DNA of 64,000 nt from Candidatus Spongiisociaceae bacterium (GTDB taxonomy: Bacteria; Actinomycetota; Acidimicrobiia; Spongiisociales; Spongiisociaceae), in the NCBI GenBank assembly GCA_965262915.1, contig OZ253564.1, positions 1,536,001-1,600,000 of the forward strand. The letters run 5' to 3'. The notes below the pieces were generated by a model. It had not been told where the DNA came from and made no database searches. It was given only the letters and a program-made list of their open reading frames with translations. The translations under genes were made by a program, and so were the position numbers. Below are positions 19,151 to 30,697 of the stretch, piece by piece; the first letter of the stretch is position 1; every line of letters starts with the position of its first letter.

Positions 19151-20284
19151 ATGCGGTACGTCGACCATGCTGCCTCTTCTCCTCTGCGTCCGGAGGCGTG
19201 GGAGGCGATGGCGCCGTACCGGAATGAGGACTACGGGAACCCGTCGGGTGGTCACGAAATCTCGCGGCGTGCCAAGAACGCCCTCGAGGACGCCAGGGAC
19301 CTTATCGCTGATCTGCTCGGTGCCGACCCCCTCGAAATCGTATTCACCGGCGGTGGCACCGAGGCCGACAACCTCGCAATCAAGGGCCCCCTTTTCTCAG
19401 GGGGAGCACGGCGCGGCATCGTTACCTCGACCATCGAGCACGATGCGGTTCTCGCTAGCGCCGGGTTTGCAGAGGAGGTCGGGTGCCCTTTGGCACTGGT
19501 CGAGGTCGACAGTGACGGTCTGGTCGATCCGGACGAGGTTGCTTCCCACCTGACCCCGGGTACCGCGGTCGTTTCCATCATGATGGGAAACAACGAGACG
19601 GGGGTCCGGGAGCCGATCGAGGACGTGGTAGCAGCGGTCAGAGCTACCCACCCGTCCGCGGCCCTCCATACCGACGCAGTACAGGGATTCGTATCGGAGC
19701 GGGTGGATGTGAACGCTCTCGGAATGGACATGCTGTCGCTGGCGGCCCACAAGTTCGGGGGTCCCAAGGGGGTCGGCCTGCTCTACGTCCGTTCGGGCCT
19801 CCGACTCGAACCCCTGATCCATGGGGGAGGCCAGGAGCTGGGCCGCCGCTCGGGAACCCACAACGTGATGGCTGTCGTGGGGATGGCTGCGGCTATGCAG
19901 GCCCTCGAGTCGGAACGGGACGATTTCCGGGCCCGGGTCGCGGCGGAGCGGGACGCTTTCGAGACGACTCTCGAGGAGCTCTTGCCGGATGTCGAGTTCA
20001 CCGCCGCCGGCACCCCGAGGATGGTCCAGACCAGCCATGTTCGCATCCCCGGGATCCGTAACGAGCTACTCCTGGTGCGGCTCGATATGGCCGGCCTGGC
20101 CGCCTCCGCAGCGTCGGCGTGCCAGTCGGGCGCGGCTACCGTCTCCCACGTGTTGGAAGCTATGGGGATGACATCCGACGAAGCGAGGGAGTGCCTGAGG
20201 TTCTCCTTCGGATGGTCCACGCCCGAAGGGGAGGGCGCCGCTGCGGCGCGGCTGGTAGCCCGTGAGGTGGAGGCTCTCGGATGA
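19151..20284 (+). CDS. iscS: Cysteine desulfurase (IscS-type)
   Basis: YVDHAASSP, GNPS, GGTEADN, HTDAVQ, AHKFGGPKG, SASACQSG; coupled to mnmA. Confidence 0.9.
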   Translation: MRYVDHAASSPLRPEAWEAMAPYRNEDYGNPSGGHEISRRAKNALEDARDLIADLLGADPLEIVFTGGGTEADNLAIKGPLFSGGARRGIVTSTIEHDAVLASAGFAEEVGCPLALVEVDSDGLVDPDEVASHLTPGTAVVSIMMGNNETGVREPIEDVVAAVRATHPSAALHTDAVQGFVSERVDVNALGMDMLSLAAHKFGGPKGVGLLYVRSGLRLEPLIHGGGQELGRRSGTHNVMAVVGMAAAMQALESERDDFRARVAAERDAFETTLEELLPDVEFTAAGTPRMVQTSHVRIPGIRNELLLVRLDMAGLAASAASACQSGAATVSHVLEAMGMTSDEARECLRFSFGWSTPEGEGAAAARLVAREVEALG

Positions 20285-21348
20285 AGGCTCTGGTGGCCAT
20301 GTCTGGAGGTGTGGACTCCTCGGTTGCCGCCGCCCTGGTCAAGGAGGCCGGGTGGGAGGTGCTGGGGGTCACCATGAAGCTGTGGAAAGGCCCCGGCGGG
20401 GAGGCGCCGACTGCGGGTTGCTGCACGGTGGCCGATGCGGAGGACGCCAGACGCGTGGCTGCCCAACTCGACATCCCCTACTACGTCTGGGACTACACAG
20501 CCGAGTTCATGTCCGGTGTGGTGGACACCTTCATCGATGACTACGTCTCTGGGCGGACCCCCAACCCGTGCGTGGAGTGCAACCGCACGGTGAAGTTCTC
20601 CCGGCTGCTCGCGCACGCCGACGCCCTGGACTGCGACAGGGTGGTCACCGGTCACTACGCCCGTATCGACTCGGTCAGCGGCCGCTACCGGCTGCGGCGA
20701 GGGGTCGACTCCGGGAAGGACCAGTCCTACGTTCTGTCGATGCTCGGCCAGGACCAGCTGTCCAGGTTGTCGTTCCCGGTGGGAGAGCTGACCAAGGACG
20801 AGACCAGGGCGATCGCCTCCGGGCTGGGCATCCGCACCGCCGACAAACCCGACAGCCAGGACATCTGCTTCGTGGGCCCGGGTGACTACCGGGAATTCCT
20901 GGAGGCCCAGGGAGTGAACCCGTTACCCGGTCCCATCCTCGATCGGGACGGGACGTTGCTCGGGTTCCATGGCGGAGTCACCAACTTCACCATCGGCCAG
21001 CGGCGCGGACTCGGAGTGGCGGTCGGAGAGCCCCGCTACGTCATCGGGATCGACCCGGTCACGGCCGCCGTCACGGTCGGATCCCGGGAGGATCTGGGTG
21101 TGGACGAAGCGATCGTCGGAAACGTGAGTTGGGTGTTCAGGCCGGTGACGGGTTCCATGGTGGCCCAGTACCGGGCCCACGGCAGGGCGGTGGAGGCGGA
21201 CGTGTCGGCGGCGATGGGACGCGTGAAAGTTCGCTTCTCCGAGCCGCAGCCGGCGGTCGCGAGCGGCCAGACGATGGCCTTCTACCGGGACGACGAGGTG
21301 GTCGGGGGAGGGATCATCGAGGCCACCTCCCGAGCGAGGTTGTCATAG
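20281..21348 (+). CDS. mnmA: tRNA-specific 2-thiouridylase MnmA
   Basis: AMSGGVDSS, TPNPCVECN, TGHYAR, KDQSY, DSQDICF, TIGQRRG. Confidence 0.97.
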   Translation: MKALVAMSGGVDSSVAAALVKEAGWEVLGVTMKLWKGPGGEAPTAGCCTVADAEDARRVAAQLDIPYYVWDYTAEFMSGVVDTFIDDYVSGRTPNPCVECNRTVKFSRLLAHADALDCDRVVTGHYARIDSVSGRYRLRRGVDSGKDQSYVLSMLGQDQLSRLSFPVGELTKDETRAIASGLGIRTADKPDSQDICFVGPGDYREFLEAQGVNPLPGPILDRDGTLLGFHGGVTNFTIGQRRGLGVAVGEPRYVIGIDPVTAAVTVGSREDLGVDEAIVGNVSWVFRPVTGSMVAQYRAHGRAVEADVSAAMGRVKVRFSEPQPAVASGQTMAFYRDDEVVGGGIIEATSRARLS

Positions 21349-23457
<2,109 letters not shown>

Positions 23458-23460
23458 GAA

Positions 23461-23542
23461 CCGTTGTCCGTTGTCCGTTGTCAACTACCTGACAGAGGAT
23501 GCGAAGGATGTCGAGGGGTGAGACCTGGCACCTGGCACCTAG
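23461..23542. repeat. Heptamer repeats in a convergent intergenic gap: (CCGTTGT)x3 and (ACCTGGC)x2 plus ACCTAG
   Basis: Read directly; each tract follows a stop codon. Confidence 0.8.
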
Positions 23543-23940
23543 AACACCCGGAAGTCCCAGCTGTACTCGCCCTGGTCGGCCAGCCCGCTCACCTTCCGCC
23601 AGCGTACCGACACTGTATGGGAGCCGGAACCCCACACGATGGTGGATGACCGGGCGGGGGCCCACGAGTGCACGCCGGTGCCCTCCACGAAGCGCACCTC
23701 GGAATCGGGGACCCGGAACCCGTCCACGAATATCTCTACCCGGTAGCCCACCGGCACGTCCACCTCGATGGGAGTCTGGAGGGGAACCTGGCTGCCCGGC
23801 AGAGGAGCTATCTCCTCAAGGGCCTGGGGCAAGGGTTCGCGGCCGGTGTCGGGCGATCCGAACAGGAACGCCGCCGCGACCACAGCGACCGCTGCCAGGC
23901 CAAGCCCCAGAAAGATGAACAGGTAACGCCGGTCGGTCAT
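23539..23940 (-). CDS. Membrane-anchored hypothetical protein
   Basis: N-terminal TM helix followed by a beta-rich domain. Confidence 0.7.
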   Translation of the reverse strand: MTDRRYLFIFLGLGLAAVAVVAAAFLFGSPDTGREPLPQALEEIAPLPGSQVPLQTPIEVDVPVGYRVEIFVDGFRVPDSEVRFVEGTGVHSWAPARSSTIVWGSGSHTVSVRWRKVSGLADQGEYSWDFRVF

Positions 23941-24247
23941 GCCTCGGTTTCCACCGTGTGGATTCTATGACAGCCCCGGCGGCATGGCTAGGCATGGATT
24001 GGTCCGCCGGTGTCGGGCAGCCGGGTGCGTGTCCTGTGACCGACGGCGGGAACAGTCTCCGGCGACGCAGGGCTCTGGTTGGCGACGCCGGACAGATTCG
24101 TTCGATAAACGAATACGTCAAGTCACGATGCCGCACCCGTGCAGCCTGATCACTCGTCACGGTCGTGGTCGCAGCAGATATCCCCGCTCTCTGTAGGCCT
24201 CGGCGTGCTGTCGGCTCTGGCCACCGGCTACTGGCTACGCTCGGCCC

Positions 24248-25387
24248 GTGCGCGTAAACCCGGTGCTCGACCAGATCGGTTCCTATGCGATCGCGGCCAT
24301 CCAGGGCCGGGCTCGCAGCCTGCGTGACGCCGGCGAGCCGCTGGTGGACTTCTCGATAGGCGATCCCCGGGAGCCGACCCCGCCGTTCATCCCGGCGGCC
24401 TTGAAGGCGGCGGTTCCCGTGATCTCCCAGTACCCGACTATCGCGGGCCTGCCAAGGCTGCGCCGGTCGATAGCGGGTTACGTGGAAAGAAGGTTCGGCG
24501 TCGCCATCGACCCTGACACCGAGGTGCTTCCGACCACCGGCTCCAAGGAGGCGATCTTTTCCACGCCGCTGGCCTTCATAGATCGGGACGCGGGGGACGG
24601 TGTGATCTGGCCCACACCGGGTTACCCGATCTACGAGCGGGGTGCGCGCCTGGCCGGTGCGGTCCCGCTCCCTATCGGGCTGTCCGGCGACTTCGTGTTC
24701 CGGGTCCGGGACATACCCCGGGAGGCCTGGAGCCGGGCCCGCCTCGTCTGGCTGTGCAGCCCCCACAACCCCTCCGGTGCGGTGACGCCTCTCGACGATC
24801 TGGCCGCCTTCCGGGAGCAGGCGGCTCTTCACGACGTGCTGCTGTGCTCCGACGAGTGCTACGTCGATCTCTACGACGGTGACCCGCCCCGCTCGCTACT
24901 CGAGACCGGCGGGACCGAGGGGGTGCTGATCTACCTGAGTCTCTCCAAGCGAAGCGGCATGACCGGGTACCGGAGCGGGGCCGTCGTCGGCGATACCCGG
25001 GCGATCGCCGCTCTCAAGGCGCTCCGCACCGGGACCGGCACCGCCCCACCCGAGTTCACGCAGGCGGCGGCGACGGCGGCATGGAGCGATGACCGCCACG
25101 CCGCCGAGCGCCGCGACCTCTTCCGGCGTAAGCGAGCCGTCCTCACACGGGCCTTCGCCGCCCTGGGATACCCCACGGTGGCATCCAAAGCCGGGCTCTA
25201 CATATGGTTGGAGGTGCCCGATGATCTGGCGATCACCGAACGGTTGCTCGAACATGGCGTGGTGGTCTCACCGGGTCGGGTTTTCGGTCCCGGGGGGGAG
25301 GGGTATATTCGCCTGGCGTTGGTACCGACGCTGGACGAATGCAAGGAAGCAGTGGAGGTGGTGAGGAATTGTCTGAGCAACAGCTGA
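24248..25387 (+). CDS. dapC: N-succinyldiaminopimelate aminotransferase
   Basis: Class I/II PLP motifs GSKEAIF, SPHNPSG, SDECY, SLSKRS; heads dapD-dapE. Confidence 0.88.
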   Translation: MRVNPVLDQIGSYAIAAIQGRARSLRDAGEPLVDFSIGDPREPTPPFIPAALKAAVPVISQYPTIAGLPRLRRSIAGYVERRFGVAIDPDTEVLPTTGSKEAIFSTPLAFIDRDAGDGVIWPTPGYPIYERGARLAGAVPLPIGLSGDFVFRVRDIPREAWSRARLVWLCSPHNPSGAVTPLDDLAAFREQAALHDVLLCSDECYVDLYDGDPPRSLLETGGTEGVLIYLSLSKRSGMTGYRSGAVVGDTRAIAALKALRTGTGTAPPEFTQAAATAAWSDDRHAAERRDLFRRKRAVLTRAFAALGYPTVASKAGLYIWLEVPDDLAITERLLEHGVVVSPGRVFGPGGEGYIRLALVPTLDECKEAVEVVRNCLSNS

Positions 25388-26175
25388 TCGAGACCGCATA
25401 CCGCGATCACTCGGCCCTCGGCGAGGCCAGGGAGGCGGTCCTGAGCACCATCGCCCGGCTGGATGCGGGCGAAGTCCGGGTGGCAGAGAAGATCGACGGC
25501 GCATGGGTGGTCAACGAATGGATCAAGCAAGCCATCCTGCTCTATTTCGGATTGACCGAGATGGAGGTCATGCAGTCCGGACCGATGCAGTTCTACGACA
25601 AGATCCCCCCCAAGCAGAATCTGGCCGAGGCCGGCGTGAGGGTGGTCCCTCCCGGAACGGTCCGCTACGGGGCGTTCTGCGAGCCCGGCGTGATCGTGAT
25701 GCCCGGCTACGTGAACATCGGGGCCTACGTCGCTACCGGCACCATGGTGGACACCTGGGCCACCGTGGGATCGTGCGCGCAGATCGGGTCCGGAGTGCAT
25801 CTATCAGGCGGGGTGGGCATCGGCGGGGTTCTCGAACCCCCCAACGCTCGTCCTGTGGTGGTGGAGGACGGCGCCTTCGTGGGGAGCCGGTGCATAGTGA
25901 CCGAGGGAGCGCTCGTCGAGGAGGGTGCCGTCCTGGCCGCCAACGTCACGATCACGGCTTCGACCCCCATCATCGACCTCACCGGCGAGGAGCGGGTCGA
26001 GTACCGGGGCCGCGTCCCCGCCCGTTCCGTCGTGGTACCTGGTACCCGTCCCAGGGAGTTCCCCGGTGGTACGGCCCAGTTGGCCTGCGCCTACATCATC
26101 GGTCAACGGTCGGCCCGCACCGACGACCGCACGTCGCTCAACGAGGCGCTGCGCGCCTTCGAGGTCTCGGTGTGA
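25369..26175 (+). CDS. dapD: Tetrahydrodipicolinate N-succinyltransferase
   Basis: YDKIP, VNIGAYV..GTMVDTWATVGSCAQIG, GGVGIGGVLEP; TTG start inferred. Confidence 0.95.
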   Translation: MSEQQLIETAYRDHSALGEAREAVLSTIARLDAGEVRVAEKIDGAWVVNEWIKQAILLYFGLTEMEVMQSGPMQFYDKIPPKQNLAEAGVRVVPPGTVRYGAFCEPGVIVMPGYVNIGAYVATGTMVDTWATVGSCAQIGSGVHLSGGVGIGGVLEPPNARPVVVEDGAFVGSRCIVTEGALVEEGAVLAANVTITASTPIIDLTGEERVEYRGRVPARSVVVPGTRPREFPGGTAQLACAYIIGQRSARTDDRTSLNEALRAFEVSV

Positions 26176-27224
26176 CGCTTGTGGACACCCTGACCTGGCT
26201 GGTCGACATCCCGTCGGTCACCGGGGAGGAAGGCCCACTGTGCGAGGCATTGGCCGGACGGCTGCGCGAAACCTACCGGGATCACGACATCCGCCGGATC
26301 GGCAACAGCCTGGTGGTGGGGTCACGCACCGGCCGCCCTCTGGTCCTGCTGGTGGGCCACATCGACACGGTTCCTGCCCAGGGTCAGGGTGCCGCCCGCC
26401 TCGAAGGGAACAGGCTCTTCGGCCTGGGCACCTCCGACATGAAGTCGGGAGTGGCGGTGATGGTTCACCTCCTAGAGGACCGGTCGGTGCGGGACGGTCC
26501 ATTCGACGTGGTGGGTGTCTTTTACGACGCCGAAGAAGGACCGCACGCGCTCAACGGGCTAGAGCCGGTCTTGCAACGGTTCCCTCGGTTGGCAGAGGCT
26601 GCCTTCGCGGTAGTTACAGAGCCGACCGACCTTGAGTTGCAACTCGGCTGCCAGGGACTGATCAACGCCACAGTTCGCTTTCAAGGCAGAGCAGCCCACA
26701 GCGCCCGTCCCTGGTTGGGAGAGAACGCGGTGACCAAGGCCGGCGACTGGTTGGCTGGACTCCATGAGCGGCCACCTGAGCCCATCGACGTGGGTGGCCT
26801 CACCTTCTACGAGGTGTTCTCCGTGACCAGGGCCACAGCGGGGGTAGCCAACAACGTGATCCCGGCAACCTTCGACCTGAACCTGAACTACCGGTTCGCT
26901 CCCCACCGGAGCGGAGCCGATGCCTTGGCAAGGTTGGCCGAGATCACCGCCGCGGCTGACGCGGTGGATGTCCGGGAGTGTGTCGATGGAGCACCCGTCC
27001 CGGAGGGCAATCCCTTCCTCGACCGGCTCGTTGAGATCGCGGATGCTCAGGTCACTCCCAAACAGGCTTGGACCGACGTGGCGCGCCTCGCCAGGTACGG
27101 CATCCCGGCCGCGAACTACGGCCCCGGGGAGGTAGCCCAAGCCCACCAAGCGACCGAGAGTGTTCCCATCGCCAACCTCGACCCGGCCTACCGTGCCATG
27201 CGCCGCTTCCTGACCGAGGTGTGA
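26172..27224 (+). CDS. dapE: Succinyl-diaminopimelate desuccinylase
   Basis: GHIDTVP, GTSDMKSG, EEG, HSARPW, WTDVAR, AHQ. Confidence 0.93.
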   Translation: MTLVDTLTWLVDIPSVTGEEGPLCEALAGRLRETYRDHDIRRIGNSLVVGSRTGRPLVLLVGHIDTVPAQGQGAARLEGNRLFGLGTSDMKSGVAVMVHLLEDRSVRDGPFDVVGVFYDAEEGPHALNGLEPVLQRFPRLAEAAFAVVTEPTDLELQLGCQGLINATVRFQGRAAHSARPWLGENAVTKAGDWLAGLHERPPEPIDVGGLTFYEVFSVTRATAGVANNVIPATFDLNLNYRFAPHRSGADALARLAEITAAADAVDVRECVDGAPVPEGNPFLDRLVEIADAQVTPKQAWTDVARLARYGIPAANYGPGEVAQAHQATESVPIANLDPAYRAMRRFLTEV

Positions 27225-27225
27225 A

Positions 27226-27666
27226 GTGGAAGGGATGGCCACCTACCGCCGGACCCAGTACACCAATACCGCGGTGATGGTTCCGCTGTACTACGGGTGG
27301 CTGGTCGTGGTTCTCGTCGTAGGATTCGGGGACCTACCGACACTACTTCCGGTGTTGGTGGTTCCCGCGTTGCTGGTGTCGGTGCTGTTCTTCGGCTTCC
27401 GGAGCCTCATGGTGTCGGTGACTCCGGCGGAGGTGGATCTGGCCTACTCGTTCGGATGGCCCAGGAAGAGGATCGAGAGGGCCGCGATAGTGTCGGCCGA
27501 ACCCCTCCGGATCCCCTGGTGGTACGGGGCGGGCATCCGCCGTACACCCAAGGGCTGGATGTGGAGTATCTGGGGCTTCGACACGGTCTTCCTCACGCTG
27601 GCCGACGGGCGGCGTTTCCTGATCGGCACGGAGGATCCGGAAGGCCTGGCTGCCGCTCTCGGCTGA
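27226..27666 (+). CDS. Small membrane protein (two TM helices plus PH-like tail)
   Basis: Hydrophobic N-half; GAGIRR...LIGTEDPE. Confidence 0.7.
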   Translation: MEGMATYRRTQYTNTAVMVPLYYGWLVVVLVVGFGDLPTLLPVLVVPALLVSVLFFGFRSLMVSVTPAEVDLAYSFGWPRKRIERAAIVSAEPLRIPWWYGAGIRRTPKGWMWSIWGFDTVFLTLADGRRFLIGTEDPEGLAAALG

Positions 27667-28161
27667 ATAGGGCGCCGGAACCGGGTCCGAGGGAGGTCAG
27701 CCGCGAATCATCGACTGGTGGATGTCGAGATAGCGGATGACGGTGTCCCGCGAGAAGTCGCTCGACATGCCGCTTCTCTCCAGTCGGCGCCAGCCGTGGA
27801 CGTTCCGGGTGAGAATCCGGCCGGCGCGCCGGATCGTCTTGAGCAGGCTTCGGGCGTGGAGGACCTGAATTCGGGTCCGGTCGGCTCATCCACCACAGCA
27901 TCTCCACCCGTGCCGCGGACGGCTTCTGGTACGCGCTGCGCACGGTGGTCACATCCATCGAGGGGAACACATTGCGGACCTTGAGGCAGCTTCGGCCATA
28001 GGAATACCGGTGGTGAAGGTCCGCTCCGAGATGGCGCATCGGCCCTACGACGCCCGCCGACGCCGGCTGCTGCGCGCCGAGCCCCCCGATCCTTCTCGGT
28101 TGGAACACCACATGGGGACACCATTGGCCCAGGTTATGAGGGTCTAGAGACACCGGATGCA

Positions 28162-28665
28162 GTGGCCGCTGCCGACCGCAAGTCTACCGGAGGTACCCTG
28201 CCGGAAACCCCCAGCAGACCCGGGGGCAGGCCGGGGGGTTTCGGGCGCGGTTCCGGATCTTTCGGCCAACAACCGACGACCCGGCCGGATACGACGAGAG
28301 ACTACTTCATCGACGACAACGGGAACATCCATGAAGACAACATCAACCAACTGGCCGAGGCTCGCATAACGGCCGGTTGCAATCCTCCGGAGGCAGACGG
28401 GTACTGCCCCGACGAAGCGGTGACTCGAGCGCAGATGGCCAGTTTCCTGGCGCGTGCCGTGAAGCTGTCCTACACCTCCGGTGACCACTTCGTCGACGAT
28501 GAGGGGAATGTTCACGAGGAGAACATCAGCCGATTGGCTCAGTCCGGTATGACGCTGGGCTGCAACCCGCCGGAGCGTGACCGCTTCTGTCCGGATGATG
28601 TGGTGACTCGGGCGCAGATGGCCAGTTTCCTCGCCCGTGTCCTGATGGTGATTGCACCGGTGTAG
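28162..28665 (+). CDS. Two SLH-like domains; probably the 3' remnant of a larger surface-protein gene
   Basis: 2x GCNPP...CPD..VTRAQMASFLAR; no signal peptide; no long in-frame ORF upstream (27700-28160). Confidence 0.7.
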   Translation: MAAADRKSTGGTLPETPSRPGGRPGGFGRGSGSFGQQPTTRPDTTRDYFIDDNGNIHEDNINQLAEARITAGCNPPEADGYCPDEAVTRAQMASFLARAVKLSYTSGDHFVDDEGNVHEENISRLAQSGMTLGCNPPERDRFCPDDVVTRAQMASFLARVLMVIAPV

Positions 28666-28916
28666 GCGACTACCAGGACGTAAACAGATCTCGGGGCCCC
28701 GCCACTCCGACCCGATCCGGCCTGCCGAGTGATCGAGGATGGTCGGGGGAATGGCCGAGAAACGGGCGAACAGGCACATTCCGATCACCCTTCTGCAAGC
28801 ACGCTGGGGCACCGTCCGCATCTCTCGGCGAACTGCCTACCCCCGTTCGGATGACCCGGTCCGGGTTTGACGATTCCGGGTCGCTGGCGGCCGCCAACCA
28901 CGGGTAGGATTCCGGC

Positions 28917-29213
28917 GTGCCCGTCGATATCGATATCTCCCATGTGGCGCGTCTGGCGCGACTCAGGCTGTCGCCGGAGGAACTGGATACCTACGGCCGG
29001 CAATGCGGCGAACTGCTGGAGCATGTGGCCCGGATCCAGGCAGTGGACACCGTAGGAGTGGAGCCCACCTCCCATCCGTTACCGATGACCAACCGGTTCC
29101 GTGAGGATCGTGTCACGCCCGAGTCCGTTCTGGATCGTGACGAGGTGCTGGCACAGGCCCCCCGTGCGGAGGGGGACTTCTTCCGGGTGCCGCCGGCTCT
29201 CGAGGACGCCTGA
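28917..29213 (+). CDS. gatC: Asp/Glu-tRNA amidotransferase subunit C
   Basis: HVARLARL, VEPTSHP, FRVP. Confidence 0.95.
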   Translation: MPVDIDISHVARLARLRLSPEELDTYGRQCGELLEHVARIQAVDTVGVEPTSHPLPMTNRFREDRVTPESVLDRDEVLAQAPRAEGDFFRVPPALEDA

Positions 29214-30697
29214 TGGAACCCGTCTCCATTGCCGGGGCGGCCCGAGCGTTGCGGGAAGGGTCGACCACGTCCGTGCGGCTCGCCGAGCAGGTGCTGGCGA
29301 GGTGCTCCATGGTCGAGGCCCAGGTCCACGCCTACCTGACGCTGGACTCCGAAGGGTTGCTACGCGCCGCCCACGAGGCCGACGAGGCCTGGGCGGCGGG
29401 AGACGACCGGGGACCGCTCCACGGCATCCCCATCGCCCTCAAGGACAACCTGACCACCCGGGGGATGGAGACCACGGCCGGTTCCAAGATCCTGGCCGGG
29501 TACCGACCTCCTTACGACGCCACCGCGGTCCGGCGCCTGCACGACTCGGGGGCGCTGATAACCGGCAAGACCAACCTCGACGAGTTCGCCATGGGATCGT
29601 CGACGGAGAACTCGGCCTACGGTCCTACCCGCAACCCGTGGAACACCGACCGGGTTCCGGGTGGCTCGTCGGGTGGCAGCGCGGCGGCGGTCGCCGCCCG
29701 GATGGCCTTCGGAGCCCTGGGTTCCGACACGGGAGGGTCGATCCGCCAGCCCGCCTCCCTGTGCGGCATCGTCGGCGCCAAGCCCACCTACGGTGCGGTG
29801 AGCCGCTACGGCCTGATCGCCTTCGCCTCGTCGCTCGACCAGATCGGTCCGCTGGCACACACCGTGGAGGACGCCGCCCTGTTGCTCGACGCGGTGAGCG
29901 GCCACGATCCCCTCGACGCCACCTCCTACCCGGGTGAGATAGCCCCGGCGAGCGGGAGGTTAGGCCGGGGTCTGGAGGGGGTGCGGGTCGGGGTGGTCGG
30001 CGAGATGGGAGATGATGTGGCGGTGGAGCCTGACGTGGCGGCCTCCTTCACAGCCATGGTGGCGGCGATGGAACGGGCCGGGGCCAGGATCGTGGATGTC
30101 TCACTCCCGTCCACCTCCGAAGCCCTGTCCGCCTACTACCTGATCGCCCCGGCCGAGTGCTCGGCCAATCTGGCCCGCTTCGACGGGGTCCGGTACGGCC
30201 TTCGGGTCGATGGAGCCACCACTGAGGAGATGATGTCGCGTTCGCGGGCCGAGGGTTTCGGGCCGGAGGTCACCCGCCGGGTGCTGCTGGGGACCTTCGC
30301 CCTGTCGGCCGGCTACCACGAGGCCTTCTACGGCCAGGCCCAGAAGGTGCGCACCCTGATACGGCGGGAGTTCGCCCTCGCCTACCGGCATTGCGACGTG
30401 GTGGTGTCGCCCACCAGCCCTACCACCGCTTTCCCGTTGGGGGACAGGACCGAGGATCCCCTCTCCATGTACGTGAGCGACGTGTTCACGATTCCGTCCA
30501 ACCTGGCCGGGCATCCGGCCATCAGCATCCCGGTCGGTCTCGACCGCTGGGGCCTGCCCATCGGGTTCCAGGTGATGGCCCCCGCCCTCGAGGAAGCGAT
30601 CATGTTCCAGGTTGCCGAGGTGACAGAAGCGCTGGCCTCGTTCGACACCACCGTGCCCTACGACCCGGAGTTCGGATTCAGAGGAGGTGTCCGGTGA
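29213..30697 (+). CDS. gatA: Asp/Glu-tRNA amidotransferase subunit A
   Basis: GKTNLDEFAMGSSTENS, PGGSSGGSA, GSDTGGSIRQP. Confidence 0.97.
   Translation: MEPVSIAGAARALREGSTTSVRLAEQVLARCSMVEAQVHAYLTLDSEGLLRAAHEADEAWAAGDDRGPLHGIPIALKDNLTTRGMETTAGSKILAGYRPPYDATAVRRLHDSGALITGKTNLDEFAMGSSTENSAYGPTRNPWNTDRVPGGSSGGSAAAVAARMAFGALGSDTGGSIRQPASLCGIVGAKPTYGAVSRYGLIAFASSLDQIGPLAHTVEDAALLLDAVSGHDPLDATSYPGEIAPASGRLGRGLEGVRVGVVGEMGDDVAVEPDVAASFTAMVAAMERAGARIVDVSLPSTSEALSAYYLIAPAECSANLARFDGVRYGLRVDGATTEEMMSRSRAEGFGPEVTRRVLLGTFALSAGYHEAFYGQAQKVRTLIRREFALAYRHCDVVVSPTSPTTAFPLGDRTEDPLSMYVSDVFTIPSNLAGHPAISIPVGLDRWGLPIGFQVMAPALEEAIMFQVAEVTEALASFDTTVPYDPEFGFRGGVR

Noticed and set aside
23945-24235. Lysine riboswitch or leader upstream of dapC
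   Set aside because: No recognisable consensus, and dapC appears leaderless with a -10 box 6 nt upstream.
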